From contig DATILF010000333.1 of the NCBI GenBank assembly GCA_035476755.1, positions 992 through 64,991 on the forward strand: a DNA stretch of 64,000 nucleotides, read 5' to 3'. The notes below the pieces were generated by a model. It was given only the letters and a program-made list of their open reading frames with translations. It was not told where the DNA came from and ran no database searches. Of the stretch, positions 17,850 to 26,426 are shown piece after piece. The translations under genes were made by a program, and so were the position numbers. Every line of letters starts with the position of its first letter. Position 1 is the first letter of the stretch. This stretch comes from Ramlibacter sp. (GTDB taxonomy: Bacteria > Pseudomonadota > Gammaproteobacteria > Burkholderiales > Burkholderiaceae_C).

Positions 17850-19514
17850 ATGCCCAGACAGTCCACCGGCTCGGCCGATCTTGTGTTGCGCAACGGCGCG
17901 ATCTACACCATGGACGCCGCCCGCCCCTGGGTCGAGGCGCTGGCCATTCGCGACGGCCGCTTGTTGGCGCTGGGTCCGGAGGCGCAAGTGCGCGCGGCGG
18001 CCGCGCCGGATGCCCGCGTGGTGGACCTGCACGGGCGCATGGCCATGCCCGGCATCGTCGATGTGCACAGCCACTTCGTGTGGGCCGGGCGCGCCGAGCT
18101 GTATGAAACCACGTTCCCCCCTATCCTCACCCTCGAGCAAGTGCTCGACCAAGTGCGCCAGACAGCGGCCAAGCAGCCGCCCGGCGCATGGGTGGTCGGC
18201 GGCATCTGGGGCAGCGGGCTGATCGGCGAGCTGACCGCGCAAGCGCGCCTGGCACTCGACGAAGCCGCGGGCGGACGCCCCGTGATGCTGCGCGACGACT
18301 CGCACCACAACCGCTGGGCCAGCACGGCCGCATTGCAGCAGGCCGGCATCGACGCATCCACCCCCAACCCACGCAACGGCGAGATCGTGCGCGACGCGAG
18401 CGGTGAGGCCACCGGCCTGCTGCTCGAGTCGGCCTCAGCGCTGGTGGAAGCGGCGGTCGCCAAGGCATTGGCGGCCTCGCCACAACTGGACTTCAATGCC
18501 GCCGCGCATGCCATCCGGCGCTTCAATGCCTGCGGCGTTACCGCCACGCAGGAAGCGTTGACCACTCGGGCCGTACTGGAAGCCATCAAGTCCCTGGAAG
18601 GCGCGGGCCAGCTCACCGCCTGGGTCGTGGGCAGCCTGCCGGTGGTCGAGGCGCCCCTGGCGCCCGGCGAATGGGGCGAGACCCTGTTCGCGCTGCGCGA
18701 CCACTACCGCAGCCGCCACTTCCGGCCCGACGCCGGCAAGATCTTCCTCGATGGCGTTCCGACCTCGCGCACCGCGGCGATGCTCGAGCCCTACCTGCCC
18801 GATGCGGCACATGGCTGCTGTTTCCGCGGCGGCACCACACTCACGGTGCCACAACTCGCGCGGGCGCTGGCCGACTGCGAGGCACGCGGCATCGCCGTCA
18901 AGATTCACTGCGCGGGCGACGGCGCCGTGCGCAGCGCGCTCGACGCGGTGGAAGTCCTGCGCAGTTTCAACGGGCCCGGGCTCGCGCACCAGATCGCGCA
19001 CGCGAGTTTCATCGCCGACGACGACGTGCCGCGCTTTGCCGCGCTCAACGTCGTGGCCGACCTGTCGCCGATGCTGTGGTTCCCCGGTGTCATCGTCGAA
19101 GCCATCCGGGCCGCCGTGCCGTCCGAGCGCGTCGAGCGTTTCTGGCCCAACCGGGATCTGATGGAGGCCGGCGCGCTGATCGCGGCAGGTTCCGACTGGC
19201 CGGTGGTGCACGACCCCAGCCCCTGGGCCGGCATCCAGGGCATGGTCACGCGACGTGACCCGACCGGCCGGTTCCCCGGCGCGCTGTGGCCCGAGCAGGC
19301 GCTGGACCTGGCGTCGGTGCTGCGTGCCTACACCATCAACCCGGCACGGGCGATGGGCCTGGCGGACGAGACCGGCTCGCTCGAAGTCGGCAAATCGGCC
19401 GACCTAATCGTGCTCGATCGGCACCTTTTCGAAGTCCCGCCCGAAGAACTCGCCGCCACTCGTGTGCTCAGCACCTACTTCGAAGGCCGCGTGGTGCATG
19501 AGGCCGGCTCGTGA
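17850..19514 (+). CDS. Amidohydrolase_3 (YtcJ/NfdA-like) metal-dependent hydrolase, no signal peptide
   Basis: MPGIVDVHSH, KIFLDG, IHCAGD, QIAHAS, GSDWP, YTINPA, GSLEVGKSADLIVLD. Confidence 0.9.
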   Translation: MPRQSTGSADLVLRNGAIYTMDAARPWVEALAIRDGRLLALGPEAQVRAAAAPDARVVDLHGRMAMPGIVDVHSHFVWAGRAELYETTFPPILTLEQVLDQVRQTAAKQPPGAWVVGGIWGSGLIGELTAQARLALDEAAGGRPVMLRDDSHHNRWASTAALQQAGIDASTPNPRNGEIVRDASGEATGLLLESASALVEAAVAKALAASPQLDFNAAAHAIRRFNACGVTATQEALTTRAVLEAIKSLEGAGQLTAWVVGSLPVVEAPLAPGEWGETLFALRDHYRSRHFRPDAGKIFLDGVPTSRTAAMLEPYLPDAAHGCCFRGGTTLTVPQLARALADCEARGIAVKIHCAGDGAVRSALDAVEVLRSFNGPGLAHQIAHASFIADDDVPRFAALNVVADLSPMLWFPGVIVEAIRAAVPSERVERFWPNRDLMEAGALIAAGSDWPVVHDPSPWAGIQGMVTRRDPTGRFPGALWPEQALDLASVLRAYTINPARAMGLADETGSLEVGKSADLIVLDRHLFEVPPEELAATRVLSTYFEGRVVHEAGS

Positions 19515-20590
19515 GCGCCGCCGCCGACGTGCGCCTTCCGGTCACCGTGCTCACGGGCTTCCTGGGCAGCGGCAAGACGACGGTGCTGAACCACTTGCTG
19601 GGCCACCCAGAACTGGGCGACAGCGCCGTCATCATCAATGAATTCGGCGAGGTGGGCCTCGACCACCTCCTGGTCGAGCAAGTCAGCGAGAACCTGCGTG
19701 TGCTCAATAGCGGCTGCCTGTGCTGCACCGTCCGCGGCGACCTGGTCGACACCCTGCGGGAGCTGGAAGCGCGGCGCACGCGCGGAGACGTCGCCCCGTT
19801 CTCCCGCGTCATTGTCGAGACCACCGGGCTGGCCGATCCCGCGCCCGTCCTGCACACACTGATGGCCGATCCCGCGGTGACGCCGGGCTATCGGCTCGAA
19901 GGCGTCGTGACCACAGTCGATGCGGTCAACGGCTTGGCGACGCTGCAACACCATCCGGAAGCCGTGAAGCAGGCGGCGGTGGCCGACCGGCTCCTGTTAA
20001 CCAAGACCGACCTGGCCGGCACGCCGCAGATACAGGTCCTGGCCGCACGGCTGCAAGCCGCCAACCCCGCGGCCCGCTTGCAGCACGTGGTCGGCGGAGC
20101 GATCGCGCCCCGGGACGTCTTGCAGATCGGCTGGTACGACCCCCTGGACAAGTCGTCCGACGTGCGCTACTGGCTGGCGCGCGAGGCGCATCACGGCCAC
20201 CAGCGCGAACACAGTCATGGCCATGCGCCGCACCGGCATGACCACGCCGGCCGCCATGGCGACCGCATTCGGGCGCACTGCTTCATCTCGGACGAGCCGG
20301 TGCGCGAAGCAGCATTCACCCACTGGCTCGAACTGATGGCCGCGATGCGCGGCGAGAAGCTGCTTCGCGTCAAAGGACTTGTGCACTTGGCCGAGCGTCC
20401 CGAGCAACCCCTGGTGGTGCACGGTGCGCAGCACGTCTTCCATCCGCCGCGCTACCTGCCCGCATGGCCGTCGACGGACCACCGCACTCGTCTTGTCTTC
20501 ATCACCGACGGCCTCGATCGCGCGGACATCGAACGCACGCTGTCCCAGTTCGCCGGCTTGCGCACCGCCGGCTCCCCGCATCCTGCATGA
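19511..20590 (+). CDS. CobW/COG0523 G3E-family GTPase metallochaperone
   Basis: GFLGSGKT, NEFGE, GCLCC, ETTGLADP, His-rich tract, LLRVKG; GTGA overlap with amidohydrolase. Confidence 0.92.
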   Translation: MSAAADVRLPVTVLTGFLGSGKTTVLNHLLGHPELGDSAVIINEFGEVGLDHLLVEQVSENLRVLNSGCLCCTVRGDLVDTLRELEARRTRGDVAPFSRVIVETTGLADPAPVLHTLMADPAVTPGYRLEGVVTTVDAVNGLATLQHHPEAVKQAAVADRLLLTKTDLAGTPQIQVLAARLQAANPAARLQHVVGGAIAPRDVLQIGWYDPLDKSSDVRYWLAREAHHGHQREHSHGHAPHRHDHAGRHGDRIRAHCFISDEPVREAAFTHWLELMAAMRGEKLLRVKGLVHLAERPEQPLVVHGAQHVFHPPRYLPAWPSTDHRTRLVFITDGLDRADIERTLSQFAGLRTAGSPHPA

Positions 20591-20607
20591 CACGGAGACT
20601 CACCCCC

Positions 20608-21918
20608 ATGAACGCAAAGTCCATCTCGAAGAAACACACTACCCCCGCCGTCGATCTCGGGCGGCGCCGCTCCATCGCGCTGACGGGCGCCGCCCTCGCG
20701 TTTCCGCAGCTCGCGCTGGCCCAGTCGCGTCCGATCAAGATCGGTTACATCACCGCCCTGTCGGGTGTGCGGGCCGCGTTCGGCGTGGCCGACGAATGGC
20801 AGCTGGCGAGGATGCGCGAGATGCTCAAGAACGGCATCGAGGTGAGCGGCAAGCGCCATGCAGTCGAGATCGTGCTGAAGGACAACCAGTCCGACGCCAA
20901 CCGCTCGCAGCAAGTGGCCAGCGACCTGGTACTGCGCGACAAGGTCGACCTGATGCTGGTCCAGGACGGCGACGCGGCCACCCCTGCGGGCCAGCTGTGC
21001 GACGTGCATGGCATCCCCATGATCAGCACGATGACGCCCTGGCAGGCGTTCCTGTTCGCTCGCGGCGGCACGATCGGCAAAGGCTTCCCGTTCTCCTTCA
21101 ACTTCTTCTGGGGCGCCGACGACGTGGTGAAGAACTTCGTCGCGATGTGGGACGGCGTCAAGACCAACAAGGCCGTGGGCACGTTGTATGTCGACAACCC
21201 GCCGGGGCAGGCTTTCGCCGATCCCCTGCGCGGCATGCCGCCGGCGCTGCGCGACGCCGGCTACAACCAGGTCTCGTCCAGCTTCTTCAAGGTCGCCACC
21301 GACGACTTCTCGAACCAGGTCGCAACCTTCAAGGCCAAGGAGGCCCAGATCGCGTCGGGCTTCATGTTCGAAAGCCACTTCGCCACTTTCTGGAAGCAGG
21401 CGCAGCAGGCCGGCTATCGGCCCGAAGTCTGCACCATCGCCGGTGCCTTCCTGTTCCCGAGCGCGCTGAAGGCCCTTGGCAACGCCGGCAATGGCATGTC
21501 CACCGAAGTGTGGTGGACGCCGAACTATCCGTTCAAGTCGTCGCTCACCGGCCAATCGGCGCAGGCGCTCGCGGCCGATTGGGAAAAGTCCACCGGCAAC
21601 CAATGGACGCAACCCCTCGGCTACGCCCATGCGCTGTGGGAAACCGGCATCGCCGCCCTCAAGACGGCGGCCGATCCGCTCGACCGCAAGGCAGTCAGGG
21701 ACGCAATCCGCGACATGGTGCTCGACACCATCGTCGGCAAGGTGGACTTCAAAAACAGCCCCATCAAGAGCGTGGCGAAGACCTCGCTCGCCGGCGGGCA
21801 GTGGCGGCGCTCGGCTGCGGGAGCGCGCTTCCCGTTCGAGCTGCAGGTGGTGAGCAACCCGACCGCACGGCACATCCCCGTCGGCGCCGAGTTCAAGCTG
21901 CTGTCGCAGTTGGCCTGA
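20608..21918 (+). CDS. Liv-type ABC transporter substrate-binding protein, Tat-like signal
   Basis: GRRRSIAL signal; IKIGYITALSG; KDNQSD; STEVWWTP; RBS GGAG. Confidence 0.85.
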   Translation: MNAKSISKKHTTPAVDLGRRRSIALTGAALAFPQLALAQSRPIKIGYITALSGVRAAFGVADEWQLARMREMLKNGIEVSGKRHAVEIVLKDNQSDANRSQQVASDLVLRDKVDLMLVQDGDAATPAGQLCDVHGIPMISTMTPWQAFLFARGGTIGKGFPFSFNFFWGADDVVKNFVAMWDGVKTNKAVGTLYVDNPPGQAFADPLRGMPPALRDAGYNQVSSSFFKVATDDFSNQVATFKAKEAQIASGFMFESHFATFWKQAQQAGYRPEVCTIAGAFLFPSALKALGNAGNGMSTEVWWTPNYPFKSSLTGQSAQALAADWEKSTGNQWTQPLGYAHALWETGIAALKTAADPLDRKAVRDAIRDMVLDTIVGKVDFKNSPIKSVAKTSLAGGQWRRSAAGARFPFELQVVSNPTARHIPVGAEFKLLSQLA

Positions 21919-21928
21919 CGCGAACGCC

Positions 21929-22654
21929 ATGGTCCTCGTGGTCGACGGCCTATGCAAGGCCTATGGCGAAGTGGTGGTGGCCGATGACGTGAGCTTCTCG
22001 CTGGCCCACGGGGAATGCCTGGGCGTGATCGGGCCCAATGGCGCCGGCAAGAGCACGCTGTTCCACCTGCTAGCCGGCGCGGTGACCCCCGAGCGCGGCA
22101 GCATCCGCCTGAACGGTAACGAGCTCGTGGGGCTGCCGGCGCACCGGCGTGCCCGCATGGGCGTTGCGCGGGCTTTCCAGATCCCACAGCCGTTCGCGCA
22201 TCTGACCGTCTACGAGAACGTGCTGGCCGCGGCTTCGTTCGGTGCCGGCCTGCGCGGGCGCGCCGCGGCCGACGCGGCGGTGGCCGCCCTGGAACGTACC
22301 GGATTGCACGATCGGCGCTCGATGCTGGCAGGCGCATTGCCGCTGCTGGACCGCAAGCGGCTCGAGGTTGCCAAGGGAATTGCCGCCGCGCCCAAGCTGC
22401 TGCTGCTCGACGAAGTGGCCGGCGGACTGACGGAGCGCGAGGTGCAAGCGATGGTGGAACTGGTGCGCGAACTGAAGCAGTCTTACGCGGTGATCTGGAT
22501 CGAACACATCCCGCACGCCCTGAAGGCCGTGGCCGATCGGGTGATGGTGCTGCACTTCGGCCGCAAGCTGCTGGAGGACACGCCGCAGGCGGTGATGGAC
22601 AGCGCCATCGTGCGCGAAATCTACATGGGGATACCGGCCGATGCCGCTGCTTGA
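21929..22654 (+). CDS. Liv-type ABC ATP-binding protein (LivG-like)
   Basis: GPNGAGKS, RAFQIPQPF, LLLDEVAGG, IEH. Confidence 0.9.
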   Translation: MVLVVDGLCKAYGEVVVADDVSFSLAHGECLGVIGPNGAGKSTLFHLLAGAVTPERGSIRLNGNELVGLPAHRRARMGVARAFQIPQPFAHLTVYENVLAAASFGAGLRGRAAADAAVAALERTGLHDRRSMLAGALPLLDRKRLEVAKGIAAAPKLLLLDEVAGGLTEREVQAMVELVRELKQSYAVIWIEHIPHALKAVADRVMVLHFGRKLLEDTPQAVMDSAIVREIYMGIPADAAA

Positions 22655-23339
22655 ACTCGAATCCGTGGAAGTTTTTTACGGCGATCTGCAGGCAGTGTTC
22701 GGCGTGTCGCTGTCGTTGGCGCAGGGCGAAGCCCTGGCTTTGATCGGCGCCAACGGCGCGGGCAAGTCGACCTTGCTCAACGCCATCACCGGCCTCGTTC
22801 CGGCGCGCGCGGGCGTCGTTCGGTTCGATGGCGAGTCGATCGCCGGATTGCCGGCGGAGAAAATCGCGGCGCTGGGCATCGCGATGGTGCCCGAGGGGCG
22901 GTTGCTATTCCCCTCGCTCAGCGTCGAGGAGAACCTGTTGATGGGCACGCTGACGCGGCGCGCCGGTCCCTGGAACCTGGACGCGGTGTACAGCCTGTTC
23001 TCGATGCTGCACGAGATGCGCAATCGGCCCGCAACGCGGCTGTCGGGCGGGCAGCAGCAGATGGTCGCGATCGGGCGCGCGCTGATGTCCAACCCACGAC
23101 TGCTGTTGTGCGACGAGTTGTCGCTCGGCCTGGCGCCGCTGGTGATCGAGGAGATCTACCGCGCGTTCGAGCGCATCCGCGCAGAAGGCCTGTCCGTCAT
23201 CCTGGTCGAACAGGACGTGGCGCGCGCCTGCAAGGTGTCCGAGCAACTGCTTTGCCTGTTGAAAGGGCGTGTCACCCTGGCCGGCCCGGTCTCGCAGTTT
23301 TCACACAGCCGCATCGCAGCGGCCTACTTCGGGGAATGA
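22641..23339 (+). CDS. Liv-type ABC ATP-binding protein (LivF-like)
   Basis: GANGAGKS, VPEGR, LSGGQQQM, DELSLGLAP. Confidence 0.92.
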   Translation: MPLLELESVEVFYGDLQAVFGVSLSLAQGEALALIGANGAGKSTLLNAITGLVPARAGVVRFDGESIAGLPAEKIAALGIAMVPEGRLLFPSLSVEENLLMGTLTRRAGPWNLDAVYSLFSMLHEMRNRPATRLSGGQQQMVAIGRALMSNPRLLLCDELSLGLAPLVIEEIYRAFERIRAEGLSVILVEQDVARACKVSEQLLCLLKGRVTLAGPVSQFSHSRIAAAYFGE

Positions 23340-23346
23340 GGCCACC

Positions 23347-24213
23347 ATGGACTGGATCGCCACCATCATCAACGGCGCCCTGCTGGGTGGCCTCTACGGA
23401 CTGTTCGGCCTCGGGCTCGCGCTGGTGTTCGGCGTCATGCGCGTGGTCAACCTCGCCCACGGAGAGTTCATCGTGATGGGCGCCTACCTGGGCGTCTTCC
23501 TGGTCGCCTCGATGCCGCAGGTCCCGCCGTGGCTCATGATCGTGCCGGTTGCGCTGGCCGGCTACGCACTGGGCTGGGGACTGCAGCACAGCGTGGTCAA
23601 CCTCGCGCAACGCACCGGCGACCCGCTGACACCGTTGATGCTCACCTTCGGCCTGTCCGTCATCCTTCGCAACGGCATGGTCGAACTCTTCGGCGCCGAC
23701 TCCCGTGCCATCGACGGCGGCGCCCTCACCAGCGCCGGCTTCGACCTGTTCGGGCTGCGCCTGGGCGTCTATCCGCTGCTGGTGCTGGGGCTGGCCATCG
23801 TGTTGTTCGGCAGCCTCCAGTGGCTGTTGAACCGCACCGAGTTCGGCCGCGTGGTGCGCGCGACGGCCGACGCGCCACCTGTGGCCCGCCTGATGGGCGT
23901 GGCGCCGGGCCGCGTGTTCAACCGCGTGATGGGTCTGTCGCTGGCCTTCGCGCTGGTCGCGGGTTTCCTGCTCGCGCAGCGCACCTCGTTCACGCCGTTC
24001 TCCGGCGCCGAGCGCATGCTGGTGGCGTTCGAGGTCGTCATCATCGGTGGGCTCGGCTCTTTCTGGGGCGCGCTGATCGGCGGCGTGGTGCTGGGCATCG
24101 CCCAGCTGGTGGGGCAGAAGTTCGATCCGAACGCCGGGCCCTTGTACGCGCACCTGCTGTTCGTGGCGACGCTGGTGCTGCTGCCCAAAGGCCTCGCCGG
24201 GGAGCGCAAGTGA
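23347..24213 (+). CDS. Liv-type ABC permease (LivH-like)
   Basis: GLALVFGVMRVVNLAHGEF, IIGGLGS, LPKGL. Confidence 0.9.
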   Translation: MDWIATIINGALLGGLYGLFGLGLALVFGVMRVVNLAHGEFIVMGAYLGVFLVASMPQVPPWLMIVPVALAGYALGWGLQHSVVNLAQRTGDPLTPLMLTFGLSVILRNGMVELFGADSRAIDGGALTSAGFDLFGLRLGVYPLLVLGLAIVLFGSLQWLLNRTEFGRVVRATADAPPVARLMGVAPGRVFNRVMGLSLAFALVAGFLLAQRTSFTPFSGAERMLVAFEVVIIGGLGSFWGALIGGVVLGIAQLVGQKFDPNAGPLYAHLLFVATLVLLPKGLAGERK

Positions 24214-25196
24214 ACAAGCAACGGATGGCGAGCCTGCTGGCCGCGGCGGTGGCTGCCGCCGCCCTGGCGGCCATGGCGCCGCGTTTTGCCGACGCCGGCG
24301 TCTTGCGCCTGTGCGCGGAGATCCTGCTGGCGATCTGCATGGCCCAGATGTGGAACCTGCTCGCGGGCTACACCGGCCTGTTGTCACTGGGCCACCAGAT
24401 TTTCGTCGGCATTGGCGCGTATGTCCTGTTCGAAGGCTCGCAACGCCTCGGGGTGGCGCCGTACTGGTTGCTGCCCGCGGCCGGGTTGGCGGGCGGATTG
24501 GCCGCCGCGCTGATGGCGCCGGCGCTGTTCCGGCTGCGCGAGGCCTACTTCTCGATCGGGCTGTGGGTGTTCGCCGAGATCGCCTACCTGGCCGTTTCGA
24601 AGGCACCGTTTCTCGGCTCGTCGGCAGGGCGCACGCTCGACCTGTCGGCCATCGACGACCCGGAGAAGTTCCAGGCGATCTCGTTCTGGGTGGCCTGCGC
24701 CATCGGCGCATGCGCGTTGGCCGGAGTCTATGCCCTCATGCGCTCGCGCCTGGGCCTCGCATTGATGACCGTGCGGGACAACGAACTGGCGGCACGCAGC
24801 ATCGGCGTCGACGTCTGGCGGGTGCGGCTGCCGGCCTTCGTCGCTTCGGGCTTCGGCTGCGCGCTGGCGGGCGCCGCCTATTACATGGGCGGCATGTTCG
24901 TCTCGCCCAACGCGGCTTTCGACATCAACTGGGTGGTGATGATGATGTTCGCCACGCTGATCGGTGGTGTCGGCAGCATCGAGGGACCGGTCATCGGCGT
25001 GCTGGTCTGGTTCGCGCTGCGCGAGCTGCTCGCCACCTGGCTGGGGCTGCCCGGCGGCTGGTACCTGATCGGCATGGGTGCGGTCGCCATGGTGGTGAGC
25101 CTGGTTGCACCGCGCGGCATCTGGGGCCTGGCACAGCGCCGCTGGGGCTGGCGCGGTTGGTCCGTCACACGGCGACCGCCCGCTGCGGTGGAGTGA
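24210..25196 (+). CDS. Liv-type ABC permease (LivM-like)
   Basis: WNLLAGYTGLLSLGH, RLREAYF, GGVGSIEGP, PRGIWG; GTGA overlap. Confidence 0.9.
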   Translation: MNKQRMASLLAAAVAAAALAAMAPRFADAGVLRLCAEILLAICMAQMWNLLAGYTGLLSLGHQIFVGIGAYVLFEGSQRLGVAPYWLLPAAGLAGGLAAALMAPALFRLREAYFSIGLWVFAEIAYLAVSKAPFLGSSAGRTLDLSAIDDPEKFQAISFWVACAIGACALAGVYALMRSRLGLALMTVRDNELAARSIGVDVWRVRLPAFVASGFGCALAGAAYYMGGMFVSPNAAFDINWVVMMMFATLIGGVGSIEGPVIGVLVWFALRELLATWLGLPGGWYLIGMGAVAMVVSLVAPRGIWGLAQRRWGWRGWSVTRRPPAAVE

Positions 25197-25201
25197 AACA
25201 C

Positions 25202-26392
25202 ATGTCAAGGAGCCTTCGAATGCCCGGTTTTTCCAACACGCCCACGCGCGTCCGCCACGTGGCTCACGTTGCCGCCATTGTCCTGGCCCTGGCTTGTCCC
25301 GCCGCGTGCGCAGCCAAGGACGCAGGCACCATCAAGGTCGGCGCCATCAGCACGCTGACAGGGACGGGGATCTCCACGGAGGCGGTCCGAGGCGCCAAAG
25401 CGTATTTCGACGCGCTCAATGCGGCCGGGGGAATCCGCGGCAAACGCATCGTGCTGGTTTCGGAGGACGACCGGGCCGAACCGCAATCGGCCGCGGCCGC
25501 CGCTAACCGGCTGGTTGCCGACAAGGACATCGTGGCGATGGTCGGCGGCTCCAGCGTGCTCGAGTGCGCAGTGAACCACAAGCTCTATGAGGAAGCCGGG
25601 CTGATGTCCCTCCCGGGCGGGGGGATCGATCCCCTGTGCTTCGGCTCCCCCAACATCGCGCCTGTCAACGCCGGACCCTACGTCTCGCTGGCCAATGGAC
25701 TGACATTCGCGCGAACCGTGCTGCGGCATGAACGCCTGTGCGTGGTCTCGCCGGCGCTGCCTGGCATGGTGGAGGCATTCCAGCAAGCGATCGACCAGTG
25801 GGCCAAGACCCAACGCGTGCCCAGTCCACCGATGGAAATCTTCCAGCTGGGCGATCCGATGGAGCCTGTCGTGAAACGGGTGGCGGCGCGAGCCTGCCAA
25901 TCGCTCGTGTTCACCGGACCGAACGTGGTCGAGTGGGCGCGCAGTTCGCGGCCACTGCTGCCGGGTGTGGAACAGATATTCCTGACGCCGGCGTACACCA
26001 CTGTCGTGACCCAGGCGCTGGGTGCCTCCGGCGAAGGCATCTATGCCATCGCGGAATTCGAACCCTGGACAAGCCGGTCGCTGCAGCTTAATGACTGGCG
26101 CGCGTTGATGACCGCCAACAAGGTACCGTTGAGTTCGCTCTCGCAAGGCGGCTACTTGGCGGCCCAGATGTTCGGTAAGGCGGTACGCGGAATTAGCGGC
26201 CCCATCACACGCGAAACCGTGGCCAAGGCGCTGCGCGAGATGGCGCCGGTGTCGAACGCCTTGACCGCTTCGCCGTTCGTCGTCGGGCCCGGCCGGTCAC
26301 ACAATCCGAACAACAGCGGGATTCCGATGCAGTTGAAGGACGGCCAGTGGCGCGTGGCGCATTCGAAGTGGATCAGCTTCGAGATGCGCTGA
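25202..26392 (+). CDS. Second Liv-type (Peripla_BP_6) substrate-binding protein
   Basis: Signal peptide; IKVGAISTLTG, NAAGGIRGKRI, EDD. Confidence 0.85.
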   Translation: MSRSLRMPGFSNTPTRVRHVAHVAAIVLALACPAACAAKDAGTIKVGAISTLTGTGISTEAVRGAKAYFDALNAAGGIRGKRIVLVSEDDRAEPQSAAAAANRLVADKDIVAMVGGSSVLECAVNHKLYEEAGLMSLPGGGIDPLCFGSPNIAPVNAGPYVSLANGLTFARTVLRHERLCVVSPALPGMVEAFQQAIDQWAKTQRVPSPPMEIFQLGDPMEPVVKRVAARACQSLVFTGPNVVEWARSSRPLLPGVEQIFLTPAYTTVVTQALGASGEGIYAIAEFEPWTSRSLQLNDWRALMTANKVPLSSLSQGGYLAAQMFGKAVRGISGPITRETVAKALREMAPVSNALTASPFVVGPGRSHNPNNSGIPMQLKDGQWRVAHSKWISFEMR

Positions 26393-26426
26393 CGCGCGTG
26401 GAATCACGCTCCATCCCGCGCAGGAT

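Noticed and set aside
19511-20590. Cobalamin biosynthesis role for the CobW-like gene
   Set aside because: No cob/cbi genes or recognisable B12 riboswitch nearby
23529-26392. Apparent long or fused ORFs (555 aa and 693 aa) in the ABC operon
   Set aside because: Upstream parts are out-of-frame read-through of the preceding permeases; real starts are 24210 and 25202
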